From a virus (lineage: Duplodnaviria; Caudoviricetes), in the IMG/VR virus record IMGVR_UViG_3300011871_000002, positions 96,001-160,000 of that record: DNA of 64,000 bases; one strand, given 5' to 3'. Shown here in pieces: positions 39,515 through 48,913 of the stretch (the stretch's first letter is position 1; every line of letters begins with the position of its first letter). A program made the position numbers and the translations under genes. The notes beneath the pieces are model-generated. The model made no database searches. It was not told the origin of the DNA and was given only the letters and a program-made list of their open reading frames with translations.

Positions 39515-39919
39515 ATGACCCCAGTAGACCAGCAATTCTTCTTCGATTCCAACAACAATCGTTTCGGTGACTGCGCGCGCGCTGTGCTCGCTAGTTTGCT
39601 GGACTTGCCACTTCAGGCGGTGCCACACTTTCTGCAAGAGGTAGCCGATACCGGCCACGTCGATGCACCGGCGTTTTATGATCGCATCGATGCATGGCTG
39701 CTTTCCCAAGGATACGAGATCGACTGGCATTACACCCCTCAAGGTGCGTATGCAACCGAGTACTGCTACATCGGTGGTCCAAGCCCTCGCGGTCAAGGGT
39801 TGAGCCATGCAGTCGTTGGACAAGGCGGCCGGGTGGTGCACGACCCACATCCGAGCCGTGCAGGGTTGCTTCCTGGTCAATGGGCGTATGGTTACTTGGT
39901 GCCACTGGCAAAGCGATAA
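39515..39919 (+). CDS. Hypothetical protein with papain/C39-like Cys-His-Asp pattern
   Basis: GDCARAVLASLL ... SHAVV ... VVHDP. Confidence 0.55.
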   Translation: MTPVDQQFFFDSNNNRFGDCARAVLASLLDLPLQAVPHFLQEVADTGHVDAPAFYDRIDAWLLSQGYEIDWHYTPQGAYATEYCYIGGPSPRGQGLSHAVVGQGGRVVHDPHPSRAGLLPGQWAYGYLVPLAKR

Positions 39920-39973
39920 GGGAAGCGCAATTTTATGTAGCTTTCCTTAAACGAACAAAGAAGAAAGTGGATT

Positions 39974-41521
39974 ATGCCAAAGATTAAACAGATGATTCCG
40001 GAAACTGCCAGTACGATTACGCGCCCGATCGTTTTGGAAGTAGTTCGCCAGATCATGGACATGACTGGGATCGACAAGGAGACCACGCAGATCTTCTTTC
40101 CTCGTGAAAATGGCCGCATTGCCCAAGTCGGTTCGACTTTAACCGGTGACGCCCTGCCCAATATCACCAACGCGGTGGAGCGCGTTAAAATCGAGGCCAG
40201 TGAAGATTACCAAGCTGAAGAGATCGGTAGCGTCGCGGTGCACCAACCCGAGAACCGCTTGATCTTCCTGGACAATGATCTCGACACCGTGGTGCGTCCG
40301 GTGTATGTGACGTCGACCATGACGATCAACTTCAGCTACCGGGCAGTAGACCAAACGTCGGCTGAGCGCTGGCGCGATGAAATTGCAGTGCGTATGTCAA
40401 TGATGGACCACCCGCACTTGCTGAACCTCACGTATAGTTACGTGATTCCTGAATACTTCCTCATCATCTTGCAAGAAATCCACCGGTTGCGTGAAGCGAC
40501 CGATGGTTATAAGCAAGACTGGCCGGCTTACTTCAACGACAATTCTTCCAAGCTTTTGTCGGTACTGAGTAACCTCGCCGGCAAAGAGCAAGTGTTGGCT
40601 TTGTCGGAAACCCAGACGCGCGTGCCGGGCATGTTCGACTTTGAAGCGGTACCAGAAAAAGGTAGCCGTGAAGATGGTACGGAAGCCTGGACCATCACGT
40701 TCAGTTACAAGTTCCAATACGCCAAAGCCGTGGCGTGCCAGATGACGTACCCGATCGTGGTGCATAACCAGCCACTGAGCGAACTGTTTCTGCCCAAAGT
40801 ACCTGACACACCTAACAACCACAAGGTGAGCATGAGTGCGTCGATGTATGGCCTCGCGCACTTTGAAAGCGGCAGCTGGTCGCATCCCGAGCACTACCGG
40901 GATGGCTACGCTATTCCCCCCTTTGACGACTTCATTCCTGATTACCAGTTGCCAGCGACCAAGCGGGTGGTGACCAGTTTGGTCTTGATCGATGAAGCCA
41001 AACCAGAAGTGCTGATGAATTTGGGGGACATCGATCCTGCGTTCGCGTTCAAACCAGAAGTCTTGGCCTTCCTGCGCGAAGAAACACCCTCGCTGGCCAA
41101 GCCTTACATGTCGATCTTCAATGTGACCCTGTACCGCAACGTGCACATGCTGCCACCGGAGGCGATTGAAGTACGGCCCAACATGGATGTGGTGGTCACC
41201 AAACTCAAATCGCTGCGGTATTACTACCACGTGCGCCTGAGCATGGTGACAGACCTGCGCCGGGTCGATATGGATGCACTGGATCGCGCCCGCCGTCATG
41301 GCAAGGCACTGGTGGAGATTCTCAAGGCCATCGACCCATCGCTGGAAGAACGTGGCTTGCTGCCGCGTGTCCTGAAGAACAATTACGTGACCCGCGCTGA
41401 TCTGGAAGCAGTGATGCGCGAAATGGAGCGCGGCATTCGTCGTACCGACGAGACCACGATCAAGCAGTTCAACACCGTCCAAACCCTTTTCGTTAAAGTG
41501 AGCGACAATGCCGGTCTTTAA
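39974..41521 (+). CDS. Virion structural protein (phiKZ gp98-like)
   Basis: 515 aa; first of a coupled four-gene block; synteny. Confidence 0.6.
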   Translation: MPKIKQMIPETASTITRPIVLEVVRQIMDMTGIDKETTQIFFPRENGRIAQVGSTLTGDALPNITNAVERVKIEASEDYQAEEIGSVAVHQPENRLIFLDNDLDTVVRPVYVTSTMTINFSYRAVDQTSAERWRDEIAVRMSMMDHPHLLNLTYSYVIPEYFLIILQEIHRLREATDGYKQDWPAYFNDNSSKLLSVLSNLAGKEQVLALSETQTRVPGMFDFEAVPEKGSREDGTEAWTITFSYKFQYAKAVACQMTYPIVVHNQPLSELFLPKVPDTPNNHKVSMSASMYGLAHFESGSWSHPEHYRDGYAIPPFDDFIPDYQLPATKRVVTSLVLIDEAKPEVLMNLGDIDPAFAFKPEVLAFLREETPSLAKPYMSIFNVTLYRNVHMLPPEAIEVRPNMDVVVTKLKSLRYYYHVRLSMVTDLRRVDMDALDRARRHGKALVEILKAIDPSLEERGLLPRVLKNNYVTRADLEAVMREMERGIRRTDETTIKQFNTVQTLFVKVSDNAGL

Positions 41522-42872
41522 TCCCAAACCAACGGCACCACCCGCCGTGACCGAAGCCCCCGCGCGCGCGCTGGCACCGGAAAACAAGAACATCTTGGTG
41601 GACTCACGCTACGTACCCATGAATGCGATCCTTTCGGCCATCGTGGGTACACCGTGGGTGGTGGACTACTATGCCCAAGTGGTGGACAAGGATACGGAGC
41701 TGTCCGGGCAGCAACTGAACCGGCTCGGTATCAACCAACAATACCGCCTGATATCCCAGTTCGAACTGCGGGTGTCGTCGCCACTTGAAGGTAGTCAAGA
41801 TAGCGAGTCCGGCGGCATGGACCTGGAAGGCGCATCCAACGTCTATCCCTGCCTGATTCCCAATAACGGTGACATGTTCTTGGCCGACATCGGCGATGGC
41901 CGGATCGGCGTCTTCCAAGTCACCGACTCGAAGCGCTTGACGATCCTCAAGGGTACCGCCCACGAGATCAACTACAAGTGGGTGGCGTATGCCACCAAAG
42001 AGCGTCTGGACGATCTTAACAGCAAAGTCGTCAAGAAAGAAGTCTTCGTCCATGACTACATGCTGCAAGAGAAGTATCCGTTTGTGGCGACCGAAGATTA
42101 CGAGGCTCGGCTTAAGCTGGCCTTAGCGAACCGGGAACTGGTGCCGATGTACTTCAAGGCGTTTTGGGATGCGGAATACGCCACCCTGACGGTGCCGAAC
42201 CAAGACCGACCCACGTATGATCCGCTTTTGGTCAAAGCGCTCTTGGCCATCGTCGACACCAGCGCTGCCCCTGAAGTCATCCGTACCCGACGTCTCAATG
42301 TCGATGGTGACGAAGCATTAAAAGCAGTGAGCATCTGGGACGTGTTGTTGCAGCGTAGCGCCATGCAACTCCAGCGTACCTTTACCCGCGCTGCCTTGGT
42401 TTCAGCGCGGGCCTTCGATCGTCAGACGCAGCTGGAGAGTATTTGCCATAGCGGCATCCACCATGTGGTCTACCCGCTCGATCCCGAGCGCTCAGTATTG
42501 GCCAGTAAGCTCACACGGCGTAAAACGAGCATCACCGCACTTACCCGTGCCCCAGAAGAAACACTTGGCGAATTATTGCCGGTGCAGGTGCTCAGTGGCT
42601 TGGACAATGTGGACGGCCACGCGATACAGCCTGCGATTCCTGATGCCGCCGCCACGGAGTATTACGTCTTTACGCAGGCGTTTTATGACAATGTCCGCCA
42701 AGAGCAATCGCGCTTGGAAAACCTGGTGCACGATTATCTGAACCACCGCCCCATCGTGGCCGCAGAACTTCTGAGTATCGTGCATGATTATCCCGGTTGG
42801 GAAGCAATCGACCAGTTCTACTATGGCCCGGTCTTGATGCTACTCACACGTGTCGTGGTGGAGAATTACTGA
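41508..42872 (+). CDS. Virion structural protein (phiKZ gp99-like; possible neck protein)
   Basis: 454 aa; PNNGDMF.ADIGDG motif; synteny. Confidence 0.6.
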   Translation: MPVFNPKPTAPPAVTEAPARALAPENKNILVDSRYVPMNAILSAIVGTPWVVDYYAQVVDKDTELSGQQLNRLGINQQYRLISQFELRVSSPLEGSQDSESGGMDLEGASNVYPCLIPNNGDMFLADIGDGRIGVFQVTDSKRLTILKGTAHEINYKWVAYATKERLDDLNSKVVKKEVFVHDYMLQEKYPFVATEDYEARLKLALANRELVPMYFKAFWDAEYATLTVPNQDRPTYDPLLVKALLAIVDTSAAPEVIRTRRLNVDGDEALKAVSIWDVLLQRSAMQLQRTFTRAALVSARAFDRQTQLESICHSGIHHVVYPLDPERSVLASKLTRRKTSITALTRAPEETLGELLPVQVLSGLDNVDGHAIQPAIPDAAATEYYVFTQAFYDNVRQEQSRLENLVHDYLNHRPIVAAELLSIVHDYPGWEAIDQFYYGPVLMLLTRVVVENY

Positions 42873-43474
42873 TGACATGGGTACCGGAAGACCAGCGCGA
42901 CACCCGCTGGTACCTGTGGAACAAGAAGTTTCTGTGTTCGGTACGCTATGGCGACACCTTCACCGTAGAACGCTTGAGAAACCAAGGCATCTACACCTCT
43001 GGTGATCCGTCGGTGGATCGCGCCATGATGAATGAGCGCACCCGTTTTTACCTGTCGATCAACGACATGGTGGAATACTTCCGTCAAGGGATTTTGGTGG
43101 GGGTGGTAAATCGTGAAGACACCGCCAAGATTTACGACTACGTGTCGAATCACATTGCAGCGTTTCGTCGTGAAATTGCGATAGCGTGGGATTTGAAAGA
43201 CATCCCGGTGGAAGACTTGGTACTGCTCGACCAGTTTGCCAGTACGGTGTATGAGCACGCCAAGCATGAGTTCACCAAGGAAGTGGCAAATAGTCTCATG
43301 GCGCGTCGAATGGACGAGATCGTGGGGTTCAGTATCGACAACATTCTCGGCGAAGCCAAGAACGAACCTGTTGTCAACGCTGCGGGCGAAGAAGAAGTCG
43401 ATCCCTATCCCAAGCGCGAGAGCTTGGAAAACTTCTTCAACGAATTGGTGCGTAAGAAACATCGGGGGTTTTAA
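42872..43474 (+). CDS. Conserved hypothetical protein (phiKZ gp100-like)
   Basis: TGATG coupling gives ATG 42872 with GGAG RBS. Confidence 0.6.
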   Translation: MTWVPEDQRDTRWYLWNKKFLCSVRYGDTFTVERLRNQGIYTSGDPSVDRAMMNERTRFYLSINDMVEYFRQGILVGVVNREDTAKIYDYVSNHIAAFRREIAIAWDLKDIPVEDLVLLDQFASTVYEHAKHEFTKEVANSLMARRMDEIVGFSIDNILGEAKNEPVVNAAGEEEVDPYPKRESLENFFNELVRKKHRGF

Positions 43475-44830
43475 ATGGAAATCGAGAACTCCGCTCTTTA
43501 TCGCGATATTCTAAGTGTCATCAATAGTGGAGCGAAACAGGTCCACCACACTTGGAAAGCGACAGTACACATCGGTAATCGGGATGTGGAAGTATTGAAG
43601 GTGGTCGAACGCGACACCTTGATGGAGTTTGATAACAAGTACGCAGCAGAGACGATGCTGGCAGTTGAGGTGGGTCTGGGCACGTACGCGTACCAGTTCT
43701 ATCCCAACCGCGAGCGCTTGGAAATTACGCTGACCCGTTATCCAATCGGTGAAGTGGGTGATGCGCCGAACACCGAGGTAGCCACCGAAACTGTGCGCTA
43801 TACTGCCGTACTGGTTGAATTAGGTGACGTTACCTTGGAAGGCAACACTGCTAACACTGCATCGGAAGAGTCCTTGAACTTGGTTCGTTTGGTGACGGTG
43901 GAATTTCAGTTAGTCGACAAGGTGATGGAACAGCTGCGCGCGATTAGCATTGGCATGACGCCACGTAACGCCAAGATCGAAGACGTGGTCAAGGCTATTT
44001 TGACCAATGTCTCGCAGCAAGTCGATGTAGATGAATCGATGCGCCCCCAAGGGGTATCGATGGTCAAGGCGTCGAACCAAACCAAGTACGACCATGTGGT
44101 GATTGATCACCATGGGATACGCTTGGTGCAACTCCCTGCTTACTTGCAGCAAAAGTATGGCATTTACAGTGCTGGCCTCGGGTATTTCTACCACCAGCGC
44201 CGTTGGCATCTGTACCCACGGTATAACGTGGAACGCGAAATGGATTCCGGTACCAGTTTGACCATCATCAACGTACCGAAAAACCGCTTTCCGGGTAGCG
44301 AGCGGACCTACCAGAAAGTGGGTTCGCACGTGACCATCCTCGCCACCGGCGATGTGAAGATGGAAGACTTGTCGACCATAGCACAACTAAACGCCGGTAA
44401 CGGGGTACGGTTTGTCGATGCGAATAACTTCATGGAAGAGTTCTTTGTCACCAAGAACAACAAAACGGTGGCGTCGCGGGCACGCAATGTCAGTGAATTC
44501 ACCGGAGTTGAACGTGACAACGGCATGAACAATGTCCGTTCGAGTGACAACTACATCACCGCCAATGCGTTTGTGGAGTATTCCAAGTTGGCCGAACGTA
44601 ATGGTGCGTATTTCTCCATGCGTTGGGAGCACTCCGACCAGTCGTTAATTGTGCCTGGAATGGTGGCCAAGATCCTGTACTTGGACAATGGCGAGATCAA
44701 GGAGATTCGTGGTTCGCTCCTAAAAGCGCACCACTTTGATCAAATGGCGGGTGAAGGTTATACCCGCACCCGGTACTATAGCCACTCAGTATTGGTGTTT
44801 TTCGTCGAGCGTTCTTTGCCTGCGAAATAA
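43475..44830 (+). CDS. Virion structural protein, probable baseplate hub (phiKZ gp101-like)
   Basis: 451 aa, beta-rich; synteny; followed by a terminator. Confidence 0.6.
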   Translation: MEIENSALYRDILSVINSGAKQVHHTWKATVHIGNRDVEVLKVVERDTLMEFDNKYAAETMLAVEVGLGTYAYQFYPNRERLEITLTRYPIGEVGDAPNTEVATETVRYTAVLVELGDVTLEGNTANTASEESLNLVRLVTVEFQLVDKVMEQLRAISIGMTPRNAKIEDVVKAILTNVSQQVDVDESMRPQGVSMVKASNQTKYDHVVIDHHGIRLVQLPAYLQQKYGIYSAGLGYFYHQRRWHLYPRYNVEREMDSGTSLTIINVPKNRFPGSERTYQKVGSHVTILATGDVKMEDLSTIAQLNAGNGVRFVDANNFMEEFFVTKNNKTVASRARNVSEFTGVERDNGMNNVRSSDNYITANAFVEYSKLAERNGAYFSMRWEHSDQSLIVPGMVAKILYLDNGEIKEIRGSLLKAHHFDQMAGEGYTRTRYYSHSVLVFFVERSLPAK

Positions 44831-44862
44831 TAAAGGGGAGGCTTCGGCCTCCCTTTATGTCG
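44831..44862 (+). terminator. Intrinsic terminator
   Basis: TAAAGGGGAGGC-ttcg-GCCTCCCTTTA with a variant TTTATGTCG. Confidence 0.75.
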
Positions 44863-44953
44863 CGTGGGTAAATGTGCCCGATACCAACAAAGTAAATTCG
44901 TATTTTATGCCTAACGCGTTGTTTTCTCTCCATTTTTGTAAAGGATGGTCTGC

Positions 44954-45463
44954 ATGATCAATCAAGAGAAGCTGTTGGCGGCCTTAACTGCATTGAATAC
45001 CCCTCCTGTGCCCTTTACGCTGGAGAATGTAGTGCTTTCCCCGCCCACCTCGTTTCCGGGGCCAAATCCATGGAATACGCGAGTAACGATTAGCGCCGTT
45101 CCCGCTAAAGGGTATTCCAGTGGTTTGGACTTTTATTACCACCGTATCGATCTGGCTGAACTGGGCGACCTTGCGGTTGTTTCGGCAGTGCCAGTGACGG
45201 TGGCTGGCATCTTGCTGGTCTTGAATAATGCCAACGCAGCCCTCGACCAGGACCGGGCAGAACTCGATGTCAGCGATTTGGAAGAGATTACCCTTCCGCG
45301 CATGTATGAACACGGCGATGCAACGTTCATCAACCTCACTGCCCGTGCGAACTCCTACGGCTGGTGCGGCGAGAATAACCTCTTGGTCGCGTATAACCTG
45401 CCGGATGTCTCAGAGTTGGAGACGTTCTTGTATCAAACCGCACCGGGATACTTTCCCGGCTAA
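44954..45463 (+). CDS. phiKZ-like virion/tail-associated paralog-family protein
   Basis: NT.VTIS......Y.....Y.RIDL pattern shared with 55929..56468. Confidence 0.6.
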   Translation: MINQEKLLAALTALNTPPVPFTLENVVLSPPTSFPGPNPWNTRVTISAVPAKGYSSGLDFYYHRIDLAELGDLAVVSAVPVTVAGILLVLNNANAALDQDRAELDVSDLEEITLPRMYEHGDATFINLTARANSYGWCGENNLLVAYNLPDVSELETFLYQTAPGYFPG

Positions 45464-45480
45464 TTAGTAAAGGAACGACC

Positions 45481-45933
45481 ATGACTGTAGTAGCTGACAG
45501 TATCAAGAAAATCATCGACGCAGGTGATGTGGCCGATGCATGGGTCAATGGCCCGCCCGACAAGATCATCAATACTCCTAGCGGACCCCTCAAGTCGATC
45601 GCTGGCGTCAATGCGTCGATTCTGGGTGACGTCCTCAACGCCATGAGCGCCACCAGTAATTCGGTGGTCACGATCGGCGCGGGTACCAAAACGTTTTTGA
45701 TCGGGCCCGGCAAAGGCTTTAAAGCTGGACAGATCGTCACGGCTGTGGCGCCTGGCGGCATGTATGTGTCTGGCGCCGTCAGGAGTTACGCGGACAACAC
45801 CCTCGTCCTCGACGTGCTCTCATTTAACGGTGCCGGTACTGCCGCTTCCTGGGCGATTGCTTTCAGTGGCCCGCCCGGTAAGGGTGGCGATAGCGAAGGT
45901 CGCTTGATCACCAAAATGCCGTGGGAAGTCTAA
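45481..45933 (+). CDS. Short tail fibre/spike adaptor-like protein
   Basis: TIGAGTKTF...F.AGQ.V....G.V.SY...L..DV...G.GT..SW.I domain common in tail fibres. Confidence 0.55.
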   Translation: MTVVADSIKKIIDAGDVADAWVNGPPDKIINTPSGPLKSIAGVNASILGDVLNAMSATSNSVVTIGAGTKTFLIGPGKGFKAGQIVTAVAPGGMYVSGAVRSYADNTLVLDVLSFNGAGTAASWAIAFSGPPGKGGDSEGRLITKMPWEV

Positions 45934-45980
45934 GCCACTCTTAGTTTCTTATTTGCACGTTTCAATCGGAGACCATTCAC

Positions 45981-48887
45981 ATGGCCGCAAATAGTTTGAA
46001 AATCACCGCTTTGCACAAGAAAGCCGATATCCTCCTCAAAGGGGACATGTCGGTGGACTTCGAAGAGCTTTTTAACGGGGAATTTTCCATCCAGTTCTTC
46101 ACGACCACGGATGAAACGTTCACCATCAACTCCACCATCTACAAGTTCCTCGATCTCAAAGGTGCCCAGGTCAACGGCCTCGTGGTCGGCGGCCAGCCGG
46201 GATGCTTCCTCAAGCTCGCGCTCGACGTTGAGCAAAAGCTCTGGTACATCGTGGCCAACAACCTGATCAACAACGGCGCCGGCTCCGGTACCATCGATAT
46301 CGACGAAGAGGTACCGCTGGCGCCCGTGGCCCTGCCAGCGATGACGATTCCCGATTACGAAATCAGCCGCAATCGCCGTATCGTCTTGACCCGTAGCATT
46401 AAGCTGGGCAACCCGGTCAATATGAAGCCCGGCAAAAAGCTTACCATCGTGCTCGAACAAGACGCGACCGGTAGCCGCACGGTCGACTACGATAACGCCT
46501 ATGGTTTCGTCGGTGCAGTCAAACCTGACGCCAGTACCACACCAGAAGTATCGGACGTGTTCGAAGCGTACATGCGCAGCGACTGGACCCTCATCTGCGA
46601 CCTGAAGAAAGGTTACGCAGTGATCCGCCCGATCGCCTATGGCTTAGACTTCGCGTACACCATGCAGGCAGCCTACACTGCTTCCCAGGCCAGGGCGGCC
46701 ACTGAAAACGGCCAAAACGTGCTCGTGATTCGTGACGGTTATCGTCTGGAATGTAACGGCTCTGTCGCCTCGCGCCTGCCCAATGTGGACATGCGTATCA
46801 AGGGAGTAAAGAAAGCCAACGGTAAGTTCCCTACCCTGCGTCTGGACAAGAACGATCGACCAGCGGGTGGTAAAGCTATGGTGAATATCGAGGGCGGCCG
46901 CAACGTCACTGTGGAAGACCTCATTATTGCAGGGGCAGCGTCGACCGCCGACGGCAACGGCACGGGTATTTTGTTCAACCCCAGCACCCAGTACGGCCTG
47001 GTCAACCGGGTCTCCCTGCTGGAGAACGAAAACGGCATTCGTACCACCACCGGTCCGACGATCGGCCTTGACATCGTCGATACGCTGTTTGAGCGCAACG
47101 GCTGGTCGTGGACCGATCCAGGGAAAAGCCACAGCATCTACGCGGGTTACCACAAAATCGTGCGCGCCCTGAGAAGTTCCTTCTATGACCCTAGCGATGG
47201 TCACAACATCAAGAGCCGTACCCTGCAATTGGTGCTGCGCCAAGTCTATGCACGTAAGTCGAAAGCACGTGAACTCGACCAATGCGACCAAGGCGTTGTG
47301 CATGTGTACGACAGTGTGTTCTGGAAAGAAAGTAGTGCGGTTCAGAATAACCTGATCGGTATCGGTCACGAACGCCTGACTGGCAAGGGCCGGCCGCAGG
47401 AGTACTTCTTCTACAACTGCTATTTCCACAACGATGTGTCGCCAGTTCGCGATGTGACGTTCCTGGAAAACATGATGGGCGGTAGTGCCTTGAATACCGT
47501 GGCTGTGCACTTCATCGACTGCGAATTCGGCGGCGCCGCTTTGATCAAACCGCAAGGCAACTACGACAGCCTTTTCAAAGGACCATACACCATCACGCTC
47601 ACCGATGGTCCCCTTGGCCCTCGTGTTCCGGTCGGCTCGCCGACTCGCCTGTTCAACATGGCAGAGCGTGATCCGAATCGCAAGACCAATCCAGCTAAGA
47701 TCGAACTGACGCCACTGGAAGCGCTGCCACCAATGACGGAACTGGACCCGATGCCACCGTACCCGACGTACCTGCCGGTACAGGTGGTGCCGCCGCTGCC
47801 AGTCATCGGTGCAAACCAACCACCGGTCGTCATCGTCGATAAGACACCACCGAACGTTACCCTGGAAGCGTCGCACGTGGTGATCACCGAAGCCACCACC
47901 GTGACCCTGACGGCGGACGCGACGGACGATATCGGTATCGCGAAAGTCGAGTTCTACCTCAACGATGTGCTGGTATCGACAGACACCGTCGCGCCGTACA
48001 CGCTGCAACGCGAATTCACCTCAATCGACGACAACGGCAAGCTGTTCGCCTTCACGGCCAAAGCCTACGATACTTCCGACAAGGTAACGACCAGTAACCA
48101 AGTCGTGATCCGGGTCGAGATGCTGCCGCCTGACGAAGTCAATCCGGAAGTGACGCTGACGGTGGACCAAGATACCGTGGTCGAGCCAAGCATGGTGACG
48201 CTGACTGCCGATGCTACGGATGACCGTGGTGTGGATCGGGTGGAATTCTACCGCGGTGAAGAAATGATCGGTATGCGTGATGCTGCACCGTACGAATTTG
48301 CTACCGCACTGGCCTACGCCGACAATGGTTCGGTAACCTTCACTGCGATGGCGTACGACGCTGCCGGTAACGTGGGTTCGAGCAGTGCTGTGACGATCAC
48401 GGTGGACATCCCGCCGCCGCCAGTGACAAATGACCTCGTGCTCTCGGGTGACCTGTTGCAGGCCATGAATGACGCCATTGCCGCAGCTGACAGCGGCGTG
48501 ACTGAATCCGGTAAACGTGTCGCTGCCGCCAACGCACTCATTAATGCGATGGCGCCGAACCACACGCTGTCGATCTTCCGTGATGGCGTGGAAATCATCC
48601 GTGCGGAATTCCCAGCCAAGATGGAACTCTACAGCAATGAAGAGGACATCGGTGTCGCCCTGGGTGAAGTCGGTAGCAGCACTACCTACAAGACCGCCGA
48701 CATCAACACGGGCTCGTGGATCTTCACCATCAAGGGCGGACCGAGCGACATGTCGACCATCGATGGTTCGGTGGGTCCGATCGGTTCCAATAAGGACCTG
48801 ATCCTCGAAGATTCGACCGTCGCAGGTCAAGTCTTCGACCAAGTGGTGGTGTTCCTGCTCCACCCCTCGATCGACGGTGTCAGTTAA
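45981..48887 (+). CDS. Fibre/spike protein: fibre-type N-terminal domain, right-handed beta-helix (polysaccharide lyase-like), Pro-rich linker, two Ig-like repeats, C-terminal module
   Basis: QDATGSRTV; DGNGTGI..NENGI..HSIY..GHNIKSR; two D..PP.V.L..LTADATDD.G...VEFY..APY..AYD repeats. Confidence 0.75.
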   Translation: MAANSLKITALHKKADILLKGDMSVDFEELFNGEFSIQFFTTTDETFTINSTIYKFLDLKGAQVNGLVVGGQPGCFLKLALDVEQKLWYIVANNLINNGAGSGTIDIDEEVPLAPVALPAMTIPDYEISRNRRIVLTRSIKLGNPVNMKPGKKLTIVLEQDATGSRTVDYDNAYGFVGAVKPDASTTPEVSDVFEAYMRSDWTLICDLKKGYAVIRPIAYGLDFAYTMQAAYTASQARAATENGQNVLVIRDGYRLECNGSVASRLPNVDMRIKGVKKANGKFPTLRLDKNDRPAGGKAMVNIEGGRNVTVEDLIIAGAASTADGNGTGILFNPSTQYGLVNRVSLLENENGIRTTTGPTIGLDIVDTLFERNGWSWTDPGKSHSIYAGYHKIVRALRSSFYDPSDGHNIKSRTLQLVLRQVYARKSKARELDQCDQGVVHVYDSVFWKESSAVQNNLIGIGHERLTGKGRPQEYFFYNCYFHNDVSPVRDVTFLENMMGGSALNTVAVHFIDCEFGGAALIKPQGNYDSLFKGPYTITLTDGPLGPRVPVGSPTRLFNMAERDPNRKTNPAKIELTPLEALPPMTELDPMPPYPTYLPVQVVPPLPVIGANQPPVVIVDKTPPNVTLEASHVVITEATTVTLTADATDDIGIAKVEFYLNDVLVSTDTVAPYTLQREFTSIDDNGKLFAFTAKAYDTSDKVTTSNQVVIRVEMLPPDEVNPEVTLTVDQDTVVEPSMVTLTADATDDRGVDRVEFYRGEEMIGMRDAAPYEFATALAYADNGSVTFTAMAYDAAGNVGSSSAVTITVDIPPPPVTNDLVLSGDLLQAMNDAIAAADSGVTESGKRVAAANALINAMAPNHTLSIFRDGVEIIRAEFPAKMELYSNEEDIGVALGEVGSSTTYKTADINTGSWIFTIKGGPSDMSTIDGSVGPIGSNKDLILEDSTVAGQVFDQVVVFLLHPSIDGVS

Positions 48888-48913
48888 GACAGTTGTAACA
48901 ACTAAGGGAAACC

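Noticed and set aside
45481-45981. Frameshift or readthrough joining the 150-aa ORF to the 968-aa fibre
   Set aside because: No slippery site seen; the downstream gene has its own GGAG RBS and ATG.
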